A DNA stretch of 47,665 nt from Bacteroidales bacterium (GTDB lineage Bacteria > Bacteroidota > Bacteroidia > Bacteroidales > B18-G4): positions 1-47,665 of the forward strand of contig JAUXCL010000002.1 of NCBI GenBank assembly GCA_030618905.1. Reading direction: 5' to 3'. Both the position numbers and the translations under genes were made by a program. The notes under the pieces are model-generated. The model was given only the letters and a program-made list of their open reading frames with translations, did not search any database and was not told where the DNA came from. Shown here piece by piece: positions 1 through 9,470 of the stretch (position 1 is the stretch's first letter; each line of letters starts with the position of its first letter).

Positions 1-239
1 GCTGTGGACACACCAATTCGTAATCCCGTATAGGAGCCCGGGCCTTTACTTACGACAATGGCATCTACTTGATCAAATGAAATACCGGCTTCTTTGATAA
101 GCTCCTGTATAAAAACCGTAATGCTTTCGGAATGAATATTTCTTTCATTACTTTCCTTCAGGGCAAGTAAATTATGATCGCTGGATATTGCGACTGAGCA
201 AATAGTGGTAGCGGTTTCGATGAGAAGCAATACAGCCAT
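1..239 (-). CDS. tsaB: tRNA t6A37 biosynthesis protein TsaB (YeaZ), N-terminal ~79 codons only; the 3' end lies outside the window
   Basis: This ORF is not in the ORF track because the window edge truncates it. My minus-strand translation from ATG 239-237 reads MAVLLLIETATTICSVAISSDHNLL...IVVSKGPGSYTGLRIGVSTA. The IETAT..CSVA and GPGS(Y/F)TG(L/V)RIG motifs are N-terminal hallmarks of TsaB/YeaZ. Confidence 0.8.
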   Translation of the reverse strand, partial: MAVLLLIETATTICSVAISSDHNLLALKESNERNIHSESITVFIQELIKEAGISFDQVDAIVVSKGPGSYTGLRIGVST

Positions 240-254
240 TGCTGTTAAAAAGTA

Positions 255-1613
255 TTAATTATCAGAAGTATACAAGTCCTTCTTATCCACTTTCTTCACA
301 TTATCTCCGTCCTTAAGTTGTTTGGAGACCGCCCTGTAAGGTCCTGAAATGATTTCCTGGCCATCTTCAACACCTGCTGTGATGATAATGAATGTATTGT
401 CCTGGATTCCTGTTTCAACGACCTGCATCCTGGCAATTCCATCTTCATAGATGAATACCACCTCTTTTATGTCATCTTTCTCGTTATCATCGGTGCCAGC
501 ACTGCCTTCAGTTTCTTCGGTTCTTTCTCCTGCTTTAGTTTTGGTGGTATCTGTCGACCGTGTTGTTACAGCCTGAATCGGGACGGTAATCAGGTTGCGA
601 TTAGTTTCTGTTTGAATCTCCACAGTTGCCGACATGCCCGGGCGTAATGGTGAATAGTTGGGTTTGTCTTCCGGAATAAGGTCAGCATATGATTCGAAAA
701 GGATCCGAATTTTGACATCGAAATTGGTCACCTGGTCGGCACTAACTCCAGCTACATTGGCTGAAGTTGCTATTTCTGTTACAAGTCCTTTAAATATTTT
801 ATCCAGGTAGGCATCAACTTCAATATCACAGGTATCGCCGAGAGAAACCCGGACAATGTCATTTTCATTAACTTCAACAAAGGCTTCCATGTTATTTAAA
901 TTTGCAATGCGCATAATCTCAGTTCCACTGGAGAATTGCGAAGCCCCTGTGACACGTTCTCCTTTCAAGATATTCAGACGGGAAATTTTTCCATTCGTGG
1001 GGGTCTTGATGGTAGTCCTGGTCAGGTTTTCCCGTGCTTCTTTAAGCGAAGCTTCCGAACTCTTTACCGCATACTCGCTGCTTTTAACACTCTGGCTGGC
1101 TGCATCCACCTCGGCTTTAGATACTTGATAACTGGATTTAACAGCTTCAAAGTCTGCATCCGAGATGACCTGTTGTTCCCACAGTTTCTTGTTTCTTTCA
1201 AAGGAGAGCTCAGCATTGATGAACTGGGCTTCGGATTGCGCCATTCTTGCCCTGGAACTGGCAAGGATCGCCTTTTGTGAATTGAGGTTTGCCTCCATCC
1301 TTTCATAGTTTGAGATATAAATCTCAGGATCAATCTTTGCAAGCAGGTCACCCGCTTCAACCTCATCCCCCTCTTTGACATAGAGTTCTACGACTTCACC
1401 GGAAATATAAGGGCTGATCTTCACATCGACGGCAGGCTGGATCTTGCCATTGGCAGAAACCGTTTCAGTAATGGTCCTTTTTTCAACCACCTCAGTGGTG
1501 ACTTTGGTTCCCTGGTTACCTTTGTTTTTAGTCACGGCGAGAACCACGAGGACAATCACGACCACTGCCCCACCGATAAATAACCACTTCTTCCTTTTTG
1601 ACATTTTTTTCAT
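255..1613 (-). CDS. HlyD/MacA-type efflux periplasmic adaptor subunit
   Basis: 452-aa ORF with an N-terminal membrane anchor (WLFIGGAVVVIVLVVLAV) and a lipoyl-like hairpin motif (ISGEVVELYVKEGDEVEAGDLLAKIDP). A long coiled-coil segment is followed by a C-terminal beta-barrel region. It lies directly downstream of a TolC-family gene. Confidence 0.85.
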   Translation of the reverse strand: MKKMSKRKKWLFIGGAVVVIVLVVLAVTKNKGNQGTKVTTEVVEKRTITETVSANGKIQPAVDVKISPYISGEVVELYVKEGDEVEAGDLLAKIDPEIYISNYERMEANLNSQKAILASSRARMAQSEAQFINAELSFERNKKLWEQQVISDADFEAVKSSYQVSKAEVDAASQSVKSSEYAVKSSEASLKEARENLTRTTIKTPTNGKISRLNILKGERVTGASQFSSGTEIMRIANLNNMEAFVEVNENDIVRVSLGDTCDIEVDAYLDKIFKGLVTEIATSANVAGVSADQVTNFDVKIRILFESYADLIPEDKPNYSPLRPGMSATVEIQTETNRNLITVPIQAVTTRSTDTTKTKAGERTEETEGSAGTDDNEKDDIKEVVFIYEDGIARMQVVETGIQDNTFIIITAGVEDGQEIISGPYRAVSKQLKDGDNVKKVDKKDLYTSDN

Positions 1614-1670
1614 GCTAAGCTTAAACTTTTAGGGTTACGCTGGTAAATATCCGGCAAATTTAAATATTAT

Positions 1671-3083
1671 TTAGTTCTGGACATCAAATTCATCCAATGT
1701 AATGGTTTTACCCATGTAAAAATCAAGGATCTTGGTTTTAAATACAAAATCATATTTGGCTGAAATTAAATCAGATTCTGCTCTGGTCATCTGCTGTTTT
1801 GCAACATTGTAATCCAGAGAGTTTACCAATCCAACATTAAATTTCTGCTCCATGTATTTAAAAGACTCACTGAATGATTCCAGTGATTTTTCATTGGCCA
1901 GGTAAGATTTAAATGCAGCTATTGCATCTGTATAGGAAGTTTCCACATTTTTTCTGATCTGGTTTTGGGTTAGTTCCAGATTGTACTCCGCATTTAATGA
2001 GGCCAGTTTTGATTTACTCACATAGGATGAAACCTGGTAACCATTATAAATTGGAATGCTCAGGGAAACAGACCAGTTTTTATTGACATTATCTTTCAAC
2101 TGGTCATCGTAGGGCTTTGTCGGTCCTGAGAAATCCAAAGGATTATCCGGGTCGATAACCCTGATCTGGTCCGACCAGGTAGTACCCCAACCCCCACTCA
2201 GTGAGATGATTGGGCTCCGGGATCCCCGGGCAATGGCCAATGCTCTTTCTGCACTTTGAAGCCTGTATTCGGCACTTTTGATTTCAGGCCTGTTAATTAC
2301 CGCATACTCATATACTTTATCCGAAGGAATGAGTTCCAGTGAGGCATCTTCAATAACAATGTTCGGCCGCTCAATATTAAAACGCTCTGCAGCAGTCATA
2401 TCCAGTAGTTGGAGCAAATCGAGATAAGCCAGGTTCAATTGGTTCTCGGCATTGATCAGGTTAACTTCTTCACGTGCTCCCTGCGACAGCATTTCCAACA
2501 GATCACCTTTAGCCAATGTTCCGGCATCAACCAGTTTTTGTGTCCTCGATATCTGTAAAGCAGTTATATCTACCTGTTCCACAGCCGTTTTTACCAGTTC
2601 CATACTGAACAGGATCTGTAAATATCCACCAACGATCATTAAAGAAATGTCATCTCTCATTTTGTCTGCATCATACTGGCTGGCCAGGTAGTCAGCCTTC
2701 GCCTTCCTGATAGAATTGTACTGCTGCAATCCATTAAAAAGGGTTATTTGAGAATTGACAGAATAAAATTGCTGCCGGCTATTCTGGATATTGTAGATAT
2801 TGGTTTGTGGGTCCGGGTTCCTGCCTTCCGACCAACCATAAGAGGTTGAAGCATTCAAAGAGGGTATAATATCTAACTTACTTTGTAAAAGATCAATATC
2901 ATAACCTTCTGTGCTGATTTCACTTTGTTTGATCTGGATATTATTGTCAAGCGCATAATTTACGCAATCATCCAGGGACCAGACTTCCTGGCTAAAACTA
3001 TTCAATGATAAGCCTAAAACAAATAAGCCAACAACATAAACCTTAATCCTGCTTGCACTGCAAATTGTCTTGAATTTACCCAT
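1671..3083 (-). CDS. TolC-family outer membrane efflux protein
   Basis: 470-aa ORF with a signal peptide. It shows the duplicated alpha-helical/beta-barrel repeat pattern typical of Bacteroidota TolC homologues (e.g. LDDCVNYALDNNIQIK, AEYRLQSAERALAIARG). It sits upstream of the HlyD adaptor on the same strand. Confidence 0.85.
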   Translation of the reverse strand: MGKFKTICSASRIKVYVVGLFVLGLSLNSFSQEVWSLDDCVNYALDNNIQIKQSEISTEGYDIDLLQSKLDIIPSLNASTSYGWSEGRNPDPQTNIYNIQNSRQQFYSVNSQITLFNGLQQYNSIRKAKADYLASQYDADKMRDDISLMIVGGYLQILFSMELVKTAVEQVDITALQISRTQKLVDAGTLAKGDLLEMLSQGAREEVNLINAENQLNLAYLDLLQLLDMTAAERFNIERPNIVIEDASLELIPSDKVYEYAVINRPEIKSAEYRLQSAERALAIARGSRSPIISLSGGWGTTWSDQIRVIDPDNPLDFSGPTKPYDDQLKDNVNKNWSVSLSIPIYNGYQVSSYVSKSKLASLNAEYNLELTQNQIRKNVETSYTDAIAAFKSYLANEKSLESFSESFKYMEQKFNVGLVNSLDYNVAKQQMTRAESDLISAKYDFVFKTKILDFYMGKTITLDEFDVQN

Positions 3084-3355
3084 TACTTCAAATATTTTTG
3101 AATTTGTATTACTGAATTATCATAAAATATGCCACTCTTGTACATGGTTGATTTTCAGAAAAGAACAAGTTAAATGATTGATGTGTGGATTGAAAAGTGT
3201 TCATTTTATTACGATACATGTTCGTTAGTGAACAATGGCCGGGTATTCACACAATCCTTAACTTCAAAATTAACAAAATAATTACTCTGTGGATTATTTG
3301 GTATATTTTTTCGATTTAGATACCTTTATCCTCAATAAAACAATACTCAAATCAT

Positions 3356-5716
3356 ATGAAAAAGAAAGTATGTATACAATTTAACGTCGCAATTTCATTG
3401 CTGGCCATTTTTCTGGTCAGCTTCAGTTTCCAGTCAGGCGCACAGCCAATTCGAAGTATTGGAGATACGATCCATGCTGTGCATTATGAAATTCATCTGA
3501 GGGAAATTAATACAGTGGCTAAAACCATTTCCGCAAAGACCGAAGTAAACATCAAATCCAAAGTTGATAACCTTTACTCTATCCCGCTACAATTGAGAGG
3601 AATGACAATTGATACTGTCTGGATCGATCAGGTTGAAACCATATACTTTGTATATGACGATGAAGTAATTTATATTAATCTTCCTACTGCCTTACAAACC
3701 GGCGATAGTATATTGATCGGTATTGCCTATAACGGCGAGCCCTATCATGAAAACTGGGGTGGTTACCATTTTTCCGGTGATTATTCATTCAACCTTGGGG
3801 TGGGTATTTCAGAAATACCACATAATCTTGGCAAATCATGGTTCCCTTGTATAGATGACTTTACCGACAGGGCAACATATGATATTTATGCAACTGTTGA
3901 CCAGGAGTTAACTGCTGTTGGAGGCGGGGAGTTGATGAGCATTACCAACCATCCGGCGGGCACCAGGACATTCCACTGGAAGTTGCATTATCCCATCCCA
4001 ACTTACCTGATCTCCATCGCCACCGGAGATTATGTGCTGATCGAAGATACTTACCAGGGTATTGAACGCGACATACCTATCACTTACTATGTCATGCCTG
4101 CTGATTCTGTTAAAGTATATGGAAATTTTTCTAATCTCAAAGCCATCGCAGAAATATATGAGGATCATTTCGGCGACTATGCCTGGGAGCGGATCGGATA
4201 TGTGGGTACAGCCATTGGGGCTATGGAGCACGCAACCAATATTGCATATCCCAATAGTACCATCACCGGGAACAATACCTATGAGTGGCTATATGCGCAT
4301 GAGTTATTCCACATGTGGTTTGGTGATAAAATTACCTGTTGCAGTGCTGAAGAAATGTGGATCAACGAAGGCTGGGCAACTTTTGCCCAGATGTTTTATA
4401 CTGAGATCCTTTACGACCGGGAAACTTTCATCGATGAAATGATGAGTACACATGCGCAAGTTTTACAATGTCAGGCTGGATATGAAAATGGATACTTCCC
4501 CTTAAATGAGATACCGCAAGAATACACGTATGGCCTATCCGCCTACGATAAAGGTTCCACGGTTGTTCAATCACTAAGGACATACCTGGGAGATGACATA
4601 TTTTTCCCGGCCATGACCGCTTTTCTGGACTCCCTGGCCTTTACTTCAGTTTCATCATATGATATGAGAGATTTTTTAACTGAACATACAGGAATAGATA
4701 TGACAGGATTTTTTGATCTGTATGTATTTAATGGCGGATGCCCGAATTATTCTATAGATTCCTTTGCGGTGAGCAGCATTGCTGATGATTTTGATGTCAC
4801 GGTATACCTCAGGCAAAAGCGGCAAGGGACTGATTTTATCGGTGTAGATAATATCATCCCCATTTCTTTTATGGATGAAGATTGGAATACCTATGATGAC
4901 ACGGTCCATTTTTCCGGAGTGTCGGGCCAATCAACCAGGACAGTGCCATTTTCCCCGGTGGCCGTATTCGTTGATATGGAGCATAACATGTGTGATGCAA
5001 CAACTGATGATTATTTCAGTGTCGTTACCATAGATAATTACGATTTTGATTACACCTTCTTTAGACTTGAGGTGCAGGAAATAACTGATTCGGCATTTGT
5101 AAGGGTTACCCATCATTGGGCTCCACCTGACAGCCTGAAAACTCCTGTGCCTGACCTGCGGATCTCTGACTATCGCTATTGGGAAGTTGGTGGAATCTTT
5201 CCGGATGATTTTGTGAGCACCGGAAGGTTTCGGTATAGCAGTGGTGGTTACCTGGATAACACCCTGATCTTGAGCGAAACAGATTCAGCCATTATCCTAT
5301 ATCGTCTTAATCCAGCTGAAGACTGGCAAGTTATAAACTCTACCAGGCTGGGACCCTGGTCGATCGGTTATCTTTATGTTGATTCCTTAAAAATTGGCCA
5401 GTACACCCTTGGCGTCCTGGATATTTCAGTGGGAGTAGAAGATCAGGGACAATTATTGACAGAACCGGAAAAACCAATCAAACTTTATCCTAATCCATCC
5501 TCTGGCCATGTTACTATTGATTACAGGTTACAGGAAGAAGCCACCCTTAAAATATTAGATATGCAGGGGAGGCTGATCGATGCAGTCCTGCTGGATTCAA
5601 GGGAAGGGAAATATACATGGGATGCAACAGAAGTTCCGGAAGGCACTTACCTGGTATACCTTCAGGCCCTGAACAATAAGGTCATTGCCAGTGAGAAGGT
5701 GATGGTTGTAAGATAG
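3356..5716 (+). CDS. M1-family zinc metallopeptidase (aminopeptidase N-like) with a T9SS C-terminal sorting domain
   Basis: 786 aa with a signal peptide. It carries a GAMEH exopeptidase-box variant and HELFH (nt 4298-4312), followed by WINEGWA, which gives the gluzincin HExxH-x18-E. The last ~80 aa (nt 5471-5713, KLYPNPSSGHVTIDY...VYLQALNNKVIASEKVMVVR) match the type A Por/T9SS sorting domain pattern. Confidence 0.85.
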   Translation: MKKKVCIQFNVAISLLAIFLVSFSFQSGAQPIRSIGDTIHAVHYEIHLREINTVAKTISAKTEVNIKSKVDNLYSIPLQLRGMTIDTVWIDQVETIYFVYDDEVIYINLPTALQTGDSILIGIAYNGEPYHENWGGYHFSGDYSFNLGVGISEIPHNLGKSWFPCIDDFTDRATYDIYATVDQELTAVGGGELMSITNHPAGTRTFHWKLHYPIPTYLISIATGDYVLIEDTYQGIERDIPITYYVMPADSVKVYGNFSNLKAIAEIYEDHFGDYAWERIGYVGTAIGAMEHATNIAYPNSTITGNNTYEWLYAHELFHMWFGDKITCCSAEEMWINEGWATFAQMFYTEILYDRETFIDEMMSTHAQVLQCQAGYENGYFPLNEIPQEYTYGLSAYDKGSTVVQSLRTYLGDDIFFPAMTAFLDSLAFTSVSSYDMRDFLTEHTGIDMTGFFDLYVFNGGCPNYSIDSFAVSSIADDFDVTVYLRQKRQGTDFIGVDNIIPISFMDEDWNTYDDTVHFSGVSGQSTRTVPFSPVAVFVDMEHNMCDATTDDYFSVVTIDNYDFDYTFFRLEVQEITDSAFVRVTHHWAPPDSLKTPVPDLRISDYRYWEVGGIFPDDFVSTGRFRYSSGGYLDNTLILSETDSAIILYRLNPAEDWQVINSTRLGPWSIGYLYVDSLKIGQYTLGVLDISVGVEDQGQLLTEPEKPIKLYPNPSSGHVTIDYRLQEEATLKILDMQGRLIDAVLLDSREGKYTWDATEVPEGTYLVYLQALNNKVIASEKVMVVR

Positions 5717-5841
5717 ACATACACGGAACTTATAAAAAGTCTATAGTTAATAAAAATAACATCCAGCTAAACCAATTTTTCATATTTTCGTATACTTTTA
5801 GGCCAGTTTTTCAGTTAAAACCAGGATAGTCTTATATACTT

Positions 5842-7044
5842 ATGTGGTTCAGGGTACCCATACTTCTGTTATTGATCCTTATTATCACCTGCAATCGTCC
5901 AAAGAGGCAGGAGGCTGCCCGGTTTTTCAAAACCAGGGAGATTGTATTACCTGAAGTAGGCTCCTTAACCAGAAAAGCCGAATGGATAGACAGCATTTTT
6001 ACAAAGTTATCCAAAGGCCATTGGTTCAATGGAGCAGTGATCTATGCAGAGAAAGGCCATGTCATCTATAAAAATGCATTCGGTCTGAGCAATTTTTATT
6101 TAAAGGACACACTCAGCACCCATTCTGCTTTTCAGTTGGCTTCTGTTTCGAAGATGTTTACGGCAATGGCCATCATGATCCTGAAAGAAGACGGCACCTT
6201 ACAGTTCGACGACTCAATCCAGGTTTACGTCCCTGAATTCCCGTACCACGGTGTTACGGTCAGGCAGTTAATGACCCACAGGTCAGGTTTGACCAGGTAC
6301 ATGTCGCTGGCTCATGACAAATGGTATGACAAAAGAATACCCATGGACAATGACGACATGCTTGAACTTTTCATCAACTATCATCCGGATTCCTATTTCA
6401 TGCCGGATAATGGGTTTCATTATTGCAATTCCAATTATGCATTGCTGGCATCTGTGGTTGAAAAAGCATCAGGCCAGGCCTTTGATGTTTTTGTAAAGGA
6501 GCGGATATTTGACCCCCTGGAAATGGATGACTCTTTTATATATCAAATGAGAGAGGATACCATGGTACCGGCGTATGTTCCAACCGAGGTCTACGGTCAC
6601 AGATACCGTAAATGGCGACCCATCAAACAAAGGAATGATTATCTGAACGGTGTCATGGGGGATAAGGGTGTATATGCAAGTGTTGAGGACCTGTATAAAT
6701 TCGACAGGGCCCTGAACCTGAATTTACTGGTGAGTGATTCCACTCTTAAGCAAGCTTTCACAAAGGGAAGCCCAAAATACTGGAGAAGAAAAGACAATTA
6801 TGGTTTTGGGTGGCGAATAAAAACTTCCCAGGACAGTACCGTATATCATTTTGGCTGGTGGAAAGGATTCAGGGCATATTATATCCGCGACATGCATCAG
6901 GAAAAAACCATCATCGCCCTCTGCAATAAAGATAAAGGACCGGGTTCAACGGTTTTATGGAACATCATAAAGGATACTACCCATATCGTGGAATTCAACA
7001 ACTTCCTGGCATCCGACATTGATTTTGATGCGCTGGAAGAATAG
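5842..7044 (+). CDS. Serine hydrolase, beta-lactamase/PBP4*-like family; probable lipoprotein
   Basis: 400 aa with the S-x-x-K active-site motif ASVSKMFTA (Ser codon at nt 6142-6144) and a class C/esterase-like YxN region (HYCNSNYALL). The N-terminus LLLLILIITC resembles a lipobox. Confidence 0.8.
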   Translation: MWFRVPILLLLILIITCNRPKRQEAARFFKTREIVLPEVGSLTRKAEWIDSIFTKLSKGHWFNGAVIYAEKGHVIYKNAFGLSNFYLKDTLSTHSAFQLASVSKMFTAMAIMILKEDGTLQFDDSIQVYVPEFPYHGVTVRQLMTHRSGLTRYMSLAHDKWYDKRIPMDNDDMLELFINYHPDSYFMPDNGFHYCNSNYALLASVVEKASGQAFDVFVKERIFDPLEMDDSFIYQMREDTMVPAYVPTEVYGHRYRKWRPIKQRNDYLNGVMGDKGVYASVEDLYKFDRALNLNLLVSDSTLKQAFTKGSPKYWRRKDNYGFGWRIKTSQDSTVYHFGWWKGFRAYYIRDMHQEKTIIALCNKDKGPGSTVLWNIIKDTTHIVEFNNFLASDIDFDALEE

Positions 7045-7746
7045 TTATCCACTGATCACCAGTTTAAAGCCAATACCATGCACATTGATCAACTCCACGG
7101 AGGGATCACTTTTCAGGTATTTTCTCAATTTGGTAATATAAACATCCATACTTCGGGCGTTGAAGTAACTGTCATCTTTCCATATCCTGTTCAGTGCAAC
7201 ACTTCTGTCTACCACTTCATTGACATTCTCAACCAGTATTTTCAGCAACCATGCTTCTTTAGAGGTCAGTTTATCTTCTTTGTCCCCTGATTTCAAAACC
7301 TGGCGATTAAAATCAAATGTCATGCTGCCCACCTGGAAGATGTTATCCTTCCCTCCTGTAATGGAATTGTCGTCCAGGCGCCTGAGGATAGCCCGGATCC
7401 GCATCAACAGCTCATCCATATTAAATGGCTTGGTAAGGTAATCATCGGCTCCAACTTCGAAGCCTTTCAGTTTATCCTGTTGAAGGGATTTGGCAGTAAG
7501 GAAAAGGATGGGTATTTTGCGGTCAATATTGCGTATATCTTTTGCCAGGGTGAAGCCGTCTTTTATGGGCATCATGACATCCACAATACAAAAATCAAAT
7601 TCCTCTTTGCTAAACATATCGAAAGCTTCCTGGCCATTAACACACAGGGTTGTCGGAAATCCCTTGGCTTCCAGGTAGGATTTTAAAATGGCCCCCAGAT
7701 TTTTATCGTCCTCAGCCAGCAGGATCCTGGTTTTATCGTTTTCCAT
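7045..7746 (-). CDS. OmpR/PhoB-family response regulator (receiver plus winged-helix DNA-binding domain)
   Basis: 233 aa with receiver motifs (ILLAEDD, FCIVDVMMP, LTAKS) and a C-terminal winged helix (LTSKEAWLLKIL...VHGIGFKLV). It lies immediately downstream of the histidine kinase with a 5-nt gap. Confidence 0.9.
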   Translation of the reverse strand: MENDKTRILLAEDDKNLGAILKSYLEAKGFPTTLCVNGQEAFDMFSKEEFDFCIVDVMMPIKDGFTLAKDIRNIDRKIPILFLTAKSLQQDKLKGFEVGADDYLTKPFNMDELLMRIRAILRRLDDNSITGGKDNIFQVGSMTFDFNRQVLKSGDKEDKLTSKEAWLLKILVENVNEVVDRSVALNRIWKDDSYFNARSMDVYITKLRKYLKSDPSVELINVHGIGFKLVISG

Positions 7747-7751
7747 ATGCT

Positions 7752-9176
7752 TTAAAATTTAGATTCATAAGGTAAAAATACATCAAATTTGGTTCCTTTC
7801 TTTAATTCGCTTTCCAGCCTGATATTTCCCCGGTGCAGATCAACAATAGCCTTAACATAACTCAGTCCCAGACCAAAGCCTTTGAAATCATGGACATCAC
7901 CGGTTGGGACACGGTAAAGCTTATCGAATATCTTTTTTTGGTTCGCTTTACAAATCCCGATCCCGTTATCAACAAAGCTGATCACCACACCATTTTTCTG
8001 GCTCATTGTGGACACCCTGATCATGGGTTTCTGGGGGGTATATTTATTTGCATTGTCAAGCAAATTACTGATCATATTGGTGATGTGGACCTTATCCGCA
8101 TGAATGATACTTGGTTTTGCATGAAAATCCATATCGATCCTCCCATCCTTGATCTCAACCTGGAATCCGATTTTGCGCACTACATCTGAAATGACCTCAT
8201 GCAAATCAAAATAAACCTTTTTCAGGTTAACCTGGCCCTTATCCAGAATGGCTGATTGAAGGATCTTTTCAGCCATACTGCCAAGGCGTGAATTTTCTTC
8301 GTAAATGATGCCCACATAATTTTGATAAAAATGATCTGATTTGGCAATATCCTCATCATTCATAGCCTGACATGCCAGAGATATCGTTGAGATAGGGGTT
8401 TTAAACTCATGTGTCATGTTATTGATGAAATCATTTTTCATCTCTGAAAGTTTCTTTTGTTTAATGATGGTAAAAATGGTATAGAGAAATGAAAAGATGA
8501 TGATAAGGATGAGCAGGACTGATATAAACAACATCCTCCACATCTGGCTGATCAGGTAGGTCCTTTCATTCGGGAAATACAAAATGAGGTAATCCGGCTT
8601 CTCCTCCAGAGAACTGGGGTTAAGGCTATAAGCATACCCTTTATCAAGCAATAGTATAGGATCTCCTTTGGGTTTTTGAATGATCATATTGCCGGTCGAA
8701 CTCCTGAAAACGCCAAATTGAAATTTTGCATTAATGCTTTTTTTATTTAATTCATCCGAAATCAAAGAATCTAATAATGATTCTTCAATGACATGGACTG
8801 AATGCTCGCTGCTGCCTATATCTAAAAACTCTACAAAGAAGCCCTCCGTCAGAAAATAGCGGTTAAAAAAGTCTTCAAGCTCAGCACGGTTTTTTATGGA
8901 TTGCAACTTTTCCAATAGAAGTATATCCATTGTATCCACTATTTGCTGATCATCATGAATCTGATAATACGAACTGATCTTTAGCTCCAACTGCCTCGCT
9001 AATTCAAGCTTTTCAAGCTTAAAAGAGATATTGGCAGCCACTTCATTAATGGATACCGTGAAGTTGGCCTGGCGGACAGAAATGGCATTTCTGATCCAAT
9101 AAACCTGGACCACCATTAAACCAAATAAGGCCAGGGTCATCAAAATAATAATGAGGGTGATTATTTTACGGTTCAT
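7752..9176 (-). CDS. Sensor histidine kinase with two TM segments and a periplasmic sensor region
   Basis: 474 aa. It has an H-box (MTHEFKTPIS), an N-box (LLDNANKY), G1 (VDNGIGI) and G2 (GFGLGLSYV). There are two hydrophobic segments, at the N-terminus and at about aa 215-235. Confidence 0.9.
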   Translation of the reverse strand: MNRKIITLIIILMTLALFGLMVVQVYWIRNAISVRQANFTVSINEVAANISFKLEKLELARQLELKISSYYQIHDDQQIVDTMDILLLEKLQSIKNRAELEDFFNRYFLTEGFFVEFLDIGSSEHSVHVIEESLLDSLISDELNKKSINAKFQFGVFRSSTGNMIIQKPKGDPILLLDKGYAYSLNPSSLEEKPDYLILYFPNERTYLISQMWRMLFISVLLILIIIFSFLYTIFTIIKQKKLSEMKNDFINNMTHEFKTPISTISLACQAMNDEDIAKSDHFYQNYVGIIYEENSRLGSMAEKILQSAILDKGQVNLKKVYFDLHEVISDVVRKIGFQVEIKDGRIDMDFHAKPSIIHADKVHITNMISNLLDNANKYTPQKPMIRVSTMSQKNGVVISFVDNGIGICKANQKKIFDKLYRVPTGDVHDFKGFGLGLSYVKAIVDLHRGNIRLESELKKGTKFDVFLPYESKF

Positions 9177-9180
9177 ATGA

Positions 9181-9188
9181 CAAATTTA
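9181..9188 (-). promoter_or_regulatory. Candidate Bacteroidota -7 box TAAATTTG for the kinase/regulator operon
   Basis: The minus strand reads TAAATTTG, a perfect match to TAnnTTTG. It ends only 5 nt upstream of the kinase ATG (9176), which implies a leaderless or very short-leader mRNA or use of a downstream Met. No clean TTTG -33 element is seen. Confidence 0.25.
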
Positions 9189-9210
9189 CTGTATGATACA
9201 GTTTTTCGAA

Positions 9211-9250
9211 GCCTTTTAACATTTTTTAACGTTCATTAACCTTCATTAAC
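9211..9250. promoter_or_regulatory. Four consecutive 10-bp-phased direct repeats ending in TTAAC; candidate response-regulator binding array
   Basis: The plus strand reads gcctTTTAAC atttTTTAAC gttcATTAAC cttcATTAAC. The last two units, (g/c)TTCATTAAC, are identical over 9 nt. The array is 35-75 bp upstream of the kinase start and just upstream of the plus-strand promoter candidate. Confidence 0.4.
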
Positions 9251-9253
9251 ATC

Positions 9254-9280
9254 TTTGGCATAGTTTATGATTTAAATTTG
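9254..9280 (+). promoter_or_regulatory. Candidate Bacteroidota sigma-A promoter: TTTG (-33) plus TAAATTTG (-7)
   Basis: TTTG lies at 9254-9257 and TAAATTTG (perfect TAnnTTTG) at 9273-9280, with a 15-nt spacer. It points toward pgi and lies upstream of the intrinsic terminator at 9380-9411. Confidence 0.35.
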
Positions 9281-9379
9281 TTGACTACGTTCTTTATTTT
9301 ATTATACATTTCTTCGTACCAATAATTTCATGTTAGTTTACATTGTGCATTTTGATTCATGAATTTTGGTTTTTGGTTT

Positions 9380-9411
9380 AACAGTGCGATCTTCGATCGT
9401 ACTGTTTTTTT
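9380..9411 (+). terminator. Rho-independent terminator-like hairpin plus T-tract in a divergent intergenic region
   Basis: The sequence AACAGTGCGATC-ttc-GATCGTACTGTT forms a 12-bp stem with one G-U pair and a 3-nt loop. TTTTTT follows directly. No T-tract follows on the opposite strand, so it is unidirectional (plus). It lies 60 nt upstream of the pgi ATG. Confidence 0.55.
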
Positions 9412-9470
9412 ATGCTCTCCACAGAGATTTTTTCCTAATTTCGTAAGCGATCAGTACAAAAGTAACCCAT

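Noticed and set aside
3200-3240. An inverted hexamer, TGTTCA...TGAACA, in the TolC/peptidase divergent region, considered as a possible operator.
   Set aside because: The arms are short (6 bp) and separated by about 25 nt, which is easily expected by chance. No regulator gene is adjacent.
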